IMG/VR virus record: IMGVR_UViG_3300047539_000147
Strand: one strand, 5' to 3'
Length of the DNA: 64,000 bases
Source: an uncultured virus (IMG/VR IMGVR_UViG_3300047539_000147)
Lineage: Duplodnaviria > Heunggongvirae > Uroviricota > Caudoviricetes
Shown here piece by piece: positions 41,249 through 51,853 of this stretch. Under the pieces are notes generated by a model. That model searched no databases, had not been told where the DNA came from, and was given only the letters and a program-made list of their open reading frames with translations. Positions within the stretch are counted from its first letter, which is position 1. Every line of letters begins with the position of its first letter. The position numbers and the translations under genes are program-made.

Positions 41249-41714
41249 TCAGGGCCTTCCGGATCTCATTCGTGAGGAGCGCATGCACCGTGGTCTCTAC
41301 GGTCTCGGCGGCAAGCATCGCCGCCAGGCGGTCGGGGAGGTTGATCATCGCGTCGCGGAACTGCCGGAACTTATTGAAGGCGGCGACCTGGACCTCTTCG
41401 CCCGAGACGAGTTTCGCGATCCGTTCCTCGTAATCGATCTTGGCGAGGCGCGCCTGGTAGTGTTCGCGCACCGCCCGCGCCTTCGTATACTGCGACGCGC
41501 CAAAGACCTCCGCGTCGTCTTCCGGTGGCTGGCCGCGCCGGTCCACGGGTGGCGCTTGGGTTTGGGTGTTGCGCGCCCACTCGGCGTCGGCAATCTCGGA
41601 ATCGATCTGGCCGTTGGGCAAGGTGTGGATGCGACCAGACGCGATTGCCTTCTGGACGGTGCTCGCCGAGACTCCGCGCTGTCGGGAGTACGCCCGCTGG
41701 CTCATTACTGGCAT
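41220..41714 (-). CDS. Terminase small subunit (Nu1-like)
   Basis: N-terminal HTH SQRAYSRQRGVS, coiled coil, overlaps large subunit. Confidence 0.85.
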   Translation of the reverse strand: MPVMSQRAYSRQRGVSASTVQKAIASGRIHTLPNGQIDSEIADAEWARNTQTQAPPVDRRGQPPEDDAEVFGASQYTKARAVREHYQARLAKIDYEERIAKLVSGEEVQVAAFNKFRQFRDAMINLPDRLAAMLAAETVETTVHALLTNEIRKALNDFADESNG

Positions 41715-41807
41715 GTTTTTATTCCCGAAATAAGCCCTTGCCTTCCGGGGCCACCGGAGTGATGAATCGTCATGCGCGGATCAACCGCCAAAAGGATAAA
41801 CACCACC

Positions 41808-42248
41808 ATGAAGAACGCAGAAGCTACCAACACCACCGAAACCGCCGCCGTTGCGGAACAGGGCGCGCAGGTCGCGCCGGAGAAGGCCGCCTCGAAGAAG
41901 GCTGCCAGCCAGAAGAAGGGCGCGCCCAAGGCCAACAAGGGCGCGAAGAAAGCCGCCAAGCAAGCCAAGGCCGCGCCGAAGAAGCAGGCCAAGGAGAAGG
42001 TCGCCAGCAAGAAGGCCGCCAAAGTGAAAGAAGCCAAAGTGCCGCGCGAGTTCTCGAAAAAGAACATCATCCTGGACCTCCTGCGCCGCCCCAAGGGCGC
42101 GACGATGGCCGAGATCGCCAAGGCCACCGACTGGCAGAACCACAGCATCCGGGGCTTCATCAGCGGAAACCTCACCAAGAAAATGGGCCTCACGGTCGAG
42201 TCCACCAAGAACGAAGCCGGCGAGCGGACATACCGCGTTGCCAAGTAG
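41808..42248 (+). CDS. DUF3489 winged-helix protein with Lys/Ala-rich N-terminus
   Basis: LLRRPKGATMAEIAKATDWQNHSIRGFISG. Confidence 0.88.
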   Translation: MKNAEATNTTETAAVAEQGAQVAPEKAASKKAASQKKGAPKANKGAKKAAKQAKAAPKKQAKEKVASKKAAKVKEAKVPREFSKKNIILDLLRRPKGATMAEIAKATDWQNHSIRGFISGNLTKKMGLTVESTKNEAGERTYRVAK

Positions 42249-42267
42249 GCACGCTTGCCTCCCAATC

Positions 42268-42295
42268 AGCCGCCTGGAAACGGGCGGCTTTTTTT
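42268..42295 (+). terminator. Intrinsic terminator after DUF3489 gene
   Basis: AGCCGCCTG-GAAA-CGGGCGGCT followed by T6. Confidence 0.85.
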
Positions 42296-42503
42296 ACGGC
42301 ACTCCGCCTCCTGAAGTAGCAACGTCCCCGCAGTTCCACAGAGCTTGCCAATCGCCGCCTCGCCGCAGGCGGCGTTGCTCGTCTTTAATGATCCGCAACT
42401 CCGCCGACCAGTCCGAGAGAGCCAGGCACAGCCCTTGAAGGTCGGGATTCCCGGCGCGGATCTCCGCTTCGATTGCCGCAATCTCCTTGTGGCACCGTTC
42501 GAT

Positions 42504-43807
42504 TCAAACCGCATTCTTTAATCGCTCCGGCGCAACATCATCGAAAGTCCCGCCGCCATCGAGAACCGCCTTGCCGCCCGTGTAATCCTGCCAGCGGCGC
42601 ACGATCACGTCACAGTACTTCGGGTCCAATTCGACGACGCGCGCCTGGCGGTTGGCGCGCTCGCACGCGATCAGCGTCGTCCCCGACCCGCCGAACGGAT
42701 CGAGGATCGTGTCGCGGGTCTTGCTGCTGTTGCGGAGCGCACGCTCGACGAGTTCCACCGGCTTCATCGTGGGGTGCTCCAGGTTCGCCATGGGCCGCTT
42801 GATGAACCACACGTCGCCCTGGTTCCGGTCGCCGCACCAGAAGTGCTGCGTCCCGTCGCGCCAGCCATACAGGATCGGCTCGTACATCCGCTGGTAGTCC
42901 GACCGGCCCAAAGTGAAATGGTGCTTGGCCCAGATCACGAAGGTGGACCAGTGGCCTCCGGCGTCGGTGAACGCCCGGAAGAGCGTGTGCAACTCCGACG
43001 AGGACATGCACATGTAGATGGCGCCCTTCGTCATCGCGAGCATGTTGGCCGAGGCGTCCCGCAGGAACTCATAGAACTTGCCGCCGAGAGCATCGTTGTC
43101 GATGGTGAGCTTCTTCGCCGTCTTGCCTTCATACGCGACGTTGTACGGCGGATCGGTGAACGTCATGTCGGCCAGCCCGCCAGCCAGGACTTTTTCGATG
43201 TCGGCCATCTGCGTGGCGTCCCCGCAGAGCAACCGGTGCTGGTCGAGAACCCATACGTCGCCGCGCACCGTGACGATGGCCTCCTGCTCAGCCGGAACCG
43301 CGTCCGGATCGGTCAGCCCGTCCTGCGTAGTCTCCGGTTCGCGGAGCAACTCCTCTACTTCCTCGTCCGTGAAGCCGACCAGATCGAGATTGAACGCGTC
43401 CTCCTTCAGCGATTCGAGTTCGACGCGAAGCATCTCCTCGTCCCATCCCGCGCTCATGGCCAGGCGGTTGTCCGCGAGAATGAGCGCGCGCCTCTGCGTT
43501 TCCGAGAGGTGATCCAGCACGATGACCGGCACCTCTTCCATGCGCAGGCGTCGAGCAGCCGCCAGGCGCGCGTGCCCGGCGATCACTACGCAGTCGGCAC
43601 CGACAAGGATCGGGTTCGTCCACCCGAATTCGATGATGCTGGCGGCAACCTGAGCCACCTGTTCGTCCGTATGCGTCCGGGCGTTCCGGGCGTACGGGAT
43701 CAACTTGTCGATGGGCCAAATCTGTACGGCGAGGTCGCGGAAGCGCGGAGACGCTGCACGCCAATGCTGGCGACTTCCCGATTCGTAGTGCGCGATTTCG
43801 CCGTCAT
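42504..43807 (-). CDS. ParB-like N-terminal domain + beta-class DNA methyltransferase (DPPY, probably m6A); indel near 5' end
   Basis: PYARNARTH, IAGHARL, FTDPPYNV, HPTMKP, DPFGGSGTT. Confidence 0.9.
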
Positions 43808-45374
43808 GCCTGGGCTTTCCTCTTCGGTCCGTAGTGCGGATTGGGTCCGTGGTGCTGGATGCGCCGCGCATCGCTTTGCTTCGGATTCAGGGCCTCGTCT
43901 GCCGGGACGCCGCGAGACTCCGCGACGGCGGCGAACGTCTCGCCGGTGGCCGCGAGGACCGGTTCTCGCCGGTCAGATTCATAACCCGCCGCACAATCAC
44001 ATCGCAATAGGCCGGGCTGATCTCGCAGCCGTAACCGGTCCTGTCGAGCAACGCCGCCGCGGCCATCGTCGTTCCGCTGCCCATGAACGGATCGAAGACC
44101 ACGTCGCCGGCATCGGAGTACGCCAGCAAGAAGAACTCCACCAGCGCGCGCGGGAACGGAGCGGAGTGCGAGCCTTGCGAGGATTCCGATTTCACTTCCA
44201 CCACGTTGCTCGGGCGCGCCAGTCCGGTGTGCCGGCCATCCGAATCGTCGGACAGACTGTTCCTGCTGCGCTGCCACGCACTCTGGTTCTTCCCCCCGTC
44301 CGCGGCCGCGCCCCGCGCGCCGGTCCCCAGGAGCCCGCTCCCGGAGTTTGATTTCGGATTGTTCGGGGAGTAGTCGAAGCAGTCCTCCGACTCGTGGCTC
44401 ACGGCCTGCGGCCGAAACTTGATCTGCTGCTGGCGGCAGAAGTGAAACACCGGTTCCCAAGCGTTCTTGAATCGGTTTCCCCAGCCGCCCGGCACGCCGT
44501 TATCGGTCTTGCGCCAGCAGAACGTGTCTACGAATCGCCAGCCCCACTGCCGCCGGTGCGCGATGACGAGGTCCATCACGTACAGATCGCGTTCCCCGTC
44601 GTCGGCGTGCTCCTTGATGTTGAGGAAGTAGGAGCCATCGGGCGCCAGAATCGATTCGACTCCAGCCGCGACCGCGCCGAACCACGCGACGTACTCATCC
44701 GGACGAACCGGCTTGAAGCCGCTCGATGCGTCGTACTCGCGCTGCGTCGCGTAGGGCGGCGAGGTCACGACCACGTTGGCCAGCGCATCGGCGAACAGAA
44801 CGCGAACGGTTCCCCCGTCGCGGCAGTCGCCGCAGATCAGGCGGTGGGCTCCGATCAACCACACGTCGCCGGGCTGGGTTACCGGCTGGGCTGGCGGTTC
44901 GGGGACCTCGTCGGTCACATCCTCCGGCGGCGCGTCGCCGTCTTCGAGCAGCGCCTCCAGTTCCTCGTCGCTGAAGCCAATGAGCGCGAGGTCCGTGCCG
45001 TCTGTTTCGAGTTCGCGCAATTCGCTGGCGAGCATTTTCTCGTCCCATCCGGCATTCATCGCGAGCTTGTTGTCCGCGAGGATGTATGCCCGCCGCTGCG
45101 TCTCGCTGAGGTGGTCCAGCACCACCACCGGCACCTCCGCGAGGCCCAATTTGCGAGCAGCCAGGAGACGACCGTGGCCGGCAATGATCCCATCCATCGA
45201 GTCAACCAGGATCGGATTGGTGAAGCCGAACTCCAAGATGGACGCCGCGATCTGCGCTATCTGTTCGGCAGAGTGCGTGCGCGCGTTCCTGGCGTACGGC
45301 ACCAGCCGGTCGGTCGGCCAGATCTCGATTCGCCGCGCCATCGCGGGCGTTATCGTTGCCGGAAGTGTCGCCAT
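43804..45374 (-). CDS. ParB-like N-terminal domain + beta-class DNA methyltransferase (SPPY, probably m4C); indel near 43965
   Basis: PYARNARTH, TSPPY, HSAPFP, DPFMGSGTT. Confidence 0.9.
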
Positions 45375-45552
45375 TGGGTTTGAACAACTACAGAAGCCGC
45401 GTGTCAATCGCCAGGAAGTCCAACGTTGGACATTCGCCCTGGCTTGCGCCGGAATCGGCCACCCTTTCGCGCCCCGGTGCCCCGTGTCGCGCCGTCTGGC
45501 TCCGGGTTGGCCGGTTGGTCCACCCGCCGCCTCGGGCGCGCCCTGGCCGCCA

Positions 45553-45647
45553 CTGACCGCTGACCACCTGACCGCCCCTTTTTGCGCCTGTCGCTAGCGA
45601 ATTGCGCTACTCTTCAACGCGCCGCCGCCGGTCGCCGGGAAGTACCT
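45553..45647 (-). promoter_or_regulatory. Putative cos packaging site
   Basis: Minus strand AGGTACTTCCCGG (cosQ-like), dyad GCGC-N11-GCGC, three GGTCAG repeats; upstream of GpA terminase operon. Confidence 0.45.
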
Positions 45648-46068
45648 ATGGCTTTAACGGGCGGCTGGGAGTTCCGTGCAACCGCCCCGCGAGCGCGAGC
45701 GATGTACCGCCCGCCGACCTGCGTCTGGCTTTCATGCGACGCGGCAATCCTTGACACTTGCAAGAAGACGCCGCGCGTGATCACGGGCGTGCCATCATCG
45801 TCGCGCCGGTCCAAGCGCCGGTGCTTCCAGCAACGGCGACCGCTGGCGAGATTCTCGGGGAAACTGTACCGCGTCCCAGACGGGGCGTGTGCCGGTACCG
45901 GGCTGCTTCCGTCTTCCGGCCGCAGCCAGATCGCCCTCAAGTGTGTTTGCGCCCGTATGACGGCTTCACGTACCCGCCTTCGATCAAACGCCTCGCGGCT
46001 TCGAGTGAGCGAAACCCGAGCGAGGTTCCGTCGGGCGCATAGTAGGGAATTTGGATTTCACGCTGCAT
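45614..46068 (-). CDS. Hypothetical protein, first gene of late operon, frameshift near 45947; 3' end uncertain
   Basis: MQREIQIPYYAPDG.. joins LRAIWLRPEDG.. Confidence 0.5.
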
Positions 46069-46182
46069 CTGGGCACACTCCGGGCACGGCACGGAAGGGA
46101 TGGAGTTTTTCGAGAGTCCCGTCTCTCGTCTTCGGGTGCCTTCGGAGGATGCGCTTCGCGCCAGCCAGCAGAACGGCTTCGA

Positions 46183-46217
46183 CACTATATACGCACGGCG
46201 GGCTGATTCTGTCTCAC
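46183..46217 (-). promoter_or_regulatory. Putative ECF-sigma late promoter GTGAGACA-N14-TGCGTATATAGTG
   Basis: Both boxes and spacer length identical to 60833-60867. Confidence 0.7.
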
Positions 46218-46233
46218 GGCCTCGGTCGCATCA

Positions 46234-46364
46234 TCACGCGGTTCACTGGGTTCACGCGGTTGCGCCTAATTTGTTTATAGATTCAAAACCGGTCCAGAAT
46301 GTTCTTTCTCCCGCGTGAATACAAAATAGAGCCAACCGCGTTAACCGCGTGAACTCCGTGAACC
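46234..46364. repeat. Inverted iteron arrays (GTTCACGCG-like) flanking an AT-rich spacer; putative replication origin
   Basis: 46240-46261 vs 46343-46364 near-perfect 22-bp inverted repeat immediately after primase-helicase stop. Confidence 0.6.
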
Positions 46365-48421
46365 TACTTGAGGTCTTCCGCGATTGAGCCAATCCCCACG
46401 TAACACCATGACAGCCTGCCATTTATGGTCCTCTGGCGCTTCTCAACTGTTGGCCGCAACTGGGCGATGGCGCGGCCGAGGGCCGTCTTGCTTACGGTTG
46501 GCCGGCCTTTCGCCACGCAGTCCTGGTTGTAGTCCTGCCAAAGCCGGTCGGCGGGGATCACGCATCGGGTTCGAGCACCGTATTGCGGTCGAGCCACACG
46601 GCGACGGGATCAGTCGTTTGCCGGAATTCGTCCATGGCGCGCCGTATGGATTCGCTCTCACTGAGCCCGTGGCCGCGGATCGCTTTGAGGGCTTCGAGGG
46701 CCTTGTTCAACACGCCGCTGAGTTCGGTGGGATCGGCCAACATCGCGTCCAACTGGTCGCGAGGGAGTGTGCCCGGATCGCCCGCGTGAAATGTTCGCTC
46801 GAAGGGAACGACCACCCACCGGCGGAAGAACGCCGACGATGCGTCCTGGCTCTTGGGCGGGTGGTTGGCCGAAAAGATCAGCCGCGCGAACGGCACGAAT
46901 TCGAAGGACTCCTCGAACTTCCGCTCGGCCAGCAGGGCATCGCCGCCGGTGATCGCCTTGAAGATCGACGTGCTGGAAAGGTCCTCGCTGGGCAAGTCGG
47001 GGCAGATGTTCGCAAGTCTACCGACAAGGCGCGCGACCGAGAAGCGGTCGTTCTCCAGCCGGTGAAGACTGATGGCCGCCACATTCTGCCGGCCAATAAA
47101 CGCCAGCACGGCACGCAGGTAGGTGGATTTTCCGTTCGCGCCGTCGCCCGTCAGCAGGACAGCCTTCTGAATCGAAGTATCCGGCGTCGCCAGCCATGCC
47201 GGGATCTCCCACGCGATGGCCTCCGAATCGCCGGGAAATACCTCGCCGATGAACTTGTCCCACAGCTGGACACCGCGCGCGGGTCGAACTTCACGGGCAA
47301 GCTGAACCGGCGATAGGAAATCGGGTGAGTGTGGTGAGAGCGCACGGGTGTTGACGTCCAGCAGGCCATTCAGCACGTTGACGACATCCACCTTGGGCCG
47401 TTCCCACAGCCGCGGGGCATCGACCTCGATGTATTTCACCACCTCCTCGGCCTTGTGGCTGCTCCATTTTGAGGACAGCCGCATGCGCTCCAGAAGCTGT
47501 TTCACCTGCTGACGAACAAAGGGGGCGCCATCCGAGTGGTAGTTGCCGCCGCGGAAGATGTACAGCCGCCCGCCGACGTCCTGGGCAAATCGGTGCCGAC
47601 CTGAGATCAGTTCGGCAATCTGGTAAACGCTGATCTCGTCATCGTCTGCGGGTTTCTCGAAGTCGGCGGCTTCCACCAACTCCCAGACTTTCTCCGGGCC
47701 CACCTTCGCCAGCAGGTCGTCGATTCCTTTTCCCTGAGCGATGTCCCAGGTGATGAACGCAACCTCCGCGCCGCGGGTTCGCAACTCTCTCGCCAAGAGG
47801 CTTCTCGCGACTTCAACCTGCTCGTTTTTTTCCGCATCCGCGTCAAAAGCGATGATCACGCGGCGGCCTTCCCAAACAACGATGTCGAGGTCGGGGATCA
47901 CGCCTTTGACGTCGCGCCGGTCGCCGTTCGGCCCGGTCGTCTTGCCTACCGTGCCACGCCAGTTCCAAACGCCTCCCAACCCGATCGGCAAGAATCGGGG
48001 TGCGATTGAGTCGTGATTGGCGAGACGCCACAGCGCGAGGGTCTTGAATTCGCCCTCGGTCACGATCACCGGTGTAGCAACCGCCTTCACCAAGTCCAGG
48101 GAAATGCCTGGCACGAAGTAGATCATGTTCCTTCGGCCCGGCGGCGACAAATACTTCCCGCGCTCCCTTGGTTTGCCGTCCTTGTACTCTATTTCGGGGT
48201 GGTCGCGGCGCAGGCGCCACTCACGAATGCGGGATTCACCCGGCAGGAAGTATGGGATCGCCAGTCCCTCATACGAAGCATGATCCTGCCGGCCAACGAG
48301 GGAACGCCCCGTGCCGGAATCGACGCGCCGGATTTTGGCTGCTGCGGCAAGTTCGCGGTCAATCCATCGCCCCGCGAGACTCGCGTAGTCCGCATCCGTG
48401 AGTGCGGTCCGGTTCCCTCAT
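46364..48421 (-). CDS. DUF3854/Toprim + D5/P4-type SF3 primase-helicase, several indels
   Basis: VTEGEFK, IAFDAD, KGIDD (Toprim); GDGANGKST, KAITGGD, IFSANH, FFRRW (SF3). Confidence 0.88.
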
Positions 48422-48960
48422 TCACTGGTGGAGGTCCGTTCGCTGTCGCATGCATGATCACGCCCCGACGGGGATAAGCCCGCCTCTGTGAACGCTGCCC
48501 GGAGCCGCCAGATGGCGCGATAGACGGTCGCGCGGGAAACACCGAGGCATTGGGTGGTCTCTATGGCCGAGTGTCCGATCAAGCAAAGCGCCACGTTCCG
48601 GTCGAACGGGGACAGGCCTGCCAAGACCCGAGAGACATCCGCCCGTAGGTCGGTGAGGATGTTCGGCGCTGCCAGCCCGAGGAGATTCTCAATCGGCTCT
48701 TCCCGGAATTGGCCGGACCGCTCCGAGCGCATCGCGCGCACCAGCGATGTCATCCTGTTGGCGACAACTCGTTCCGAGAACGTGCGCCAACTCCCGCGCC
48801 GCGGATCATATGCTTGGCGTTTCCGCCACAGTTCAAGGAGAGCTTCCTGTTCCAGGTCGCGGCGGGAGTCGGTCGGCAGCCCATACAAGGTCACTATCGT
48901 TGCCGCGCGCACGGCGGCAAGACGACTCGTGCGGAAAGGACTGCTCGAAAACGCTGTCAA
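48418..48960 (-). CDS. ECF-like sigma-70 factor
   Basis: DLEQEALLELWR..YDPRRGSWRTF (region 2); LGVSRATVYRAIWRLR (region 4). Confidence 0.85.
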   Translation of the reverse strand: MTAFSSSPFRTSRLAAVRAATIVTLYGLPTDSRRDLEQEALLELWRKRQAYDPRRGSWRTFSERVVANRMTSLVRAMRSERSGQFREEPIENLLGLAAPNILTDLRADVSRVLAGLSPFDRNVALCLIGHSAIETTQCLGVSRATVYRAIWRLRAAFTEAGLSPSGRDHACDSERTSTSE

Positions 48961-49307
48961 CCACAGCGGCCTCCGTTGGCGTTCGGGCGGTGCTCGATTT
49001 CCATGGAAAACGGGAGGCCGTGCCGCAATTCGAGACAGCGAATTTCGCCCGCGTCTACGGCGCGCACGTACTCGAAGAACTCCGCCATCTGGGTTTTCAA
49101 CTCGAAGTCCCCGAGAGGAGGCGTGTTCCCCGCCGTGTCCACGGAACCGAACTTGACGCCGCGCACTGTTGTGGGCCAGGGATCAAGTACCAGCTCACCG
49201 CGTTCGATCCGCAGAGACTCAAACCGGCCAAAACCAACATCATGCATCTCGTGCAGGAACCGGCGTTCGGACGCTGACAGGTCGTGCGTCGAAGTAGGTC
49301 TGTTCAT
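48957..49307 (-). CDS. Hypothetical protein coupled to sigma gene
   Basis: GAGGTG RBS; 4-nt overlap with sigma start; GFGRFESLRIERGELVLDP. Confidence 0.7.
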   Translation of the reverse strand: MNRPTSTHDLSASERRFLHEMHDVGFGRFESLRIERGELVLDPWPTTVRGVKFGSVDTAGNTPPLGDFELKTQMAEFFEYVRAVDAGEIRCLELRHGLPFSMEIEHRPNANGGRCG

Positions 49308-49584
49308 CGCACCACCTCTTGCGGAGCCGGACTGAGAGCCTTGTTCTCGGCAAACCAGGCGACGAGGTCGCAACGCCCCTGGGCGTCCTGCGCCCGCTTG
49401 TAACACGGGCGCAGCCGCGATCCGCGTTCGACGCCCGGAAGCGTGTTGTTTTTCTTGTAGCGCCGTTCCCGTTCCACGATTGCAGATTAGGCTGTTATGC
49501 GAAGAGTGTGTTGTCAGCGGACGGCGGCTGGACGCTGGATGGGCTTACTAAGCGTGGCTGAATCGAGCCAACTGGCGAGGAAAT

Positions 49585-50250
49585 TTATTTCGCTGGACGT
49601 TCGCTGGACGCAAGTTCCTGTATGACGCCCTTCACGTCCTGGAGCCTATACAGGTACTTTGGCTCCCTGGGACGGCGATCATCCTGCTTCTTCCAGCCGT
49701 CCAGTTTGTGCTCCCGATACCTGTCCAGTCTCTTACGCAGCGCCTCCCTGCCGACGCTGAAGGATTCAGCAAGGCGGACATGGGTGTACCACCCTTGCTC
49801 GTCGAGCGTAACAATCGACGCGCTCGATGCAGAGGCATCGCGGAGGCCGGCATCTCCAGAACCATCCCTCAGATTCGAGACCTCCTGCCACTTCTCGCCG
49901 CGTCGGTAGGCCGTGATGATCTGGATCGTCCTATCCGTGAGCGGACGATCACAACTCGTGCATCGGTATTCGTCGTCTTCATCCAGCGCTTCCTGGTATT
50001 CCGACCGAAGCGCCGCCATTTGACAGTACGGGCACTCGATCATTTCAACGCGGCGGAGCACTCCCTCCTGCGCGAACATATCGAGGGCCGAGCGCATCTG
50101 ATTCGGATCGATGTTCAGGAAGCTGGCCAGGTCATCAGGTCGGATAACCTCCGCCGTTCCCATCGCCCTCAATTGGGAATCGAGTTGCTCGAAGACACTC
50201 GCGAGGTCCGGGTGTTGTTCAGCTAAGCGCGCGCACTCTGTGAAGAACAT
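49585..50250 (-). CDS. Hypothetical protein: winged-helix-like + Zn finger (CPYC..CTSC) + C-terminal HTH-like domain
   Basis: Motifs visible in 221-aa ORF; GAGGT RBS. Confidence 0.65.
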   Translation of the reverse strand: MFFTECARLAEQHPDLASVFEQLDSQLRAMGTAEVIRPDDLASFLNIDPNQMRSALDMFAQEGVLRRVEMIECPYCQMAALRSEYQEALDEDDEYRCTSCDRPLTDRTIQIITAYRRGEKWQEVSNLRDGSGDAGLRDASASSASIVTLDEQGWYTHVRLAESFSVGREALRKRLDRYREHKLDGWKKQDDRRPREPKYLYRLQDVKGVIQELASSERPAK

Positions 50251-51277
50251 ACCTCACCACGTCCTCGGTGTTCGGCGTTGGAAAGTTGACGCGCGACTTC
50301 GCGCCCACGATGATCACGTGGACGTCGCCCGTCAGGGGGTTGGTGGCAGGCCCGGTTTCTTGACCGCCGCCAGCCAGTAGAAGTTGCCTAGGTGGCCGAC
50401 GCTGTTCTTCCGCACGCTATCCATCGCATCATCGATGAACGCCTCGCCGAGCACCGAGGTCCCGTGGGCTCGGGCTGCGTGCCGAGACCCGCCTGCCTCG
50501 CAGCGACCGATAGTCGATTCCGTGAGAACGCGCCTCGGCCTGACCATTCTTCTCGATCTCGTGAAGCTTGGCGGATCACCGGACGGAGATCGACTGCACC
50601 GAACTGCTTGATGTCGAGCCATGGCTTGACGAGCTGAAAGAACTGCTCAGCGAGTTCTCGTAGTCTCCGTCCTCTTGTAGCTGGGTAATCTGGAGCATCG
50701 CGACGTTAGCGTTCAAGTCCCACTCGAAGGCCGCGAGCGTGCGCGTCAGGTGGTGCATGTAGGCCTTGAGGGTAATCCTCTCGCCGCTTTCTGTTTCCTT
50801 CTCTTCGTCGTGCTCAGGCGTTCGCTCGGTGTATTCCCGCTTCTCAACGGCCGTGACGCGCAACCTTCCATCCGCATGCGTGACGGACGACAGCGTGAGC
50901 TTCTCCGGGAGGATTAACGGAAGCCTGGCGTTGAAGAGCTTTCCGAGACGGTGTTGCTTCAGGAGACCCACACGTGATCGGGGTCTTTCCACGCCTGTAC
51001 ATCGTTCCGAGGACCGCTGGTAGAGGAAAACATGCTGTTTCCCCCACGGGGCCACGGAGTCGAGGAAATCCACCAGCTGCTCGTATGTGAGGTCGCCCTC
51101 ATCGAGAGCCTCTTGAATCCTCTCGCGCAGGTCCTCCTTCGTGCCGGACTTGGGTAGTTCGACCTCCTTCAGGAAATCCTGAATGTGCGACTTCCTGAGG
51201 GCTAACACGAAATCGATCAGCGCCTGTTGTTCTTCGGCACTATAGTCAGGCGGACCGAGCAGTTTAATCGATTCCAT
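50219..51277 (-). CDS. Hypothetical protein with N-terminal SAP-like domain, several indels
   Basis: FLKEVELPKSGTKEDLRERI (SAP); fragments continue to YVLHRVRALS, overlapping next gene. Confidence 0.6.
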
Positions 51278-51853
51278 AACCCGTCCCGTCACAGTGCTGG
51301 TTGAACAGCGACCGCTTTTCCTGGAAACGAATCCGCCGGGATACCAGGCCACGCTTCGCGGTGGCGAAGCGAGGAAAGAATGGTCGAGGAACATCAACCT
51401 CTTGGCCGATAGGCGGCCTCGTTGCTGAAATCAGCGAACGACTTCGCGCACGGCTGGCACATGCGTGGGCATGACCCGACCGCCAGCAGTATTCAGGCTG
51501 ATTAACAGCGCGATTTCTGGATTCGCTCGGGGGTGCACAAGACTCCCTCAGCGGTTTGGCCAACGACTGCTGCGCCACAAGCCTCGGGCTGTAGTGATCT
51601 GGCATATAAATCCAGCCCCCTTCGCAAGAGAGATCCACGCTGAATTCGGAATGCCCGATCTGGCCCGAGCCTCCCCGTCCAACGGGTACAAGGGCTCTCT
51701 TTGATTCATGGTACCAAACAACAGGATGCACTGTAATTGTTTTACCTCCTGTCCGGATGCCGCATTTCGGGCGTGCCGACGCCAAGTGAAGCGAATCGCA
51801 AGACTTGGGAGGGCGATACGAGATAGAATCAGCCATTGGAGCTCATCTAGACG

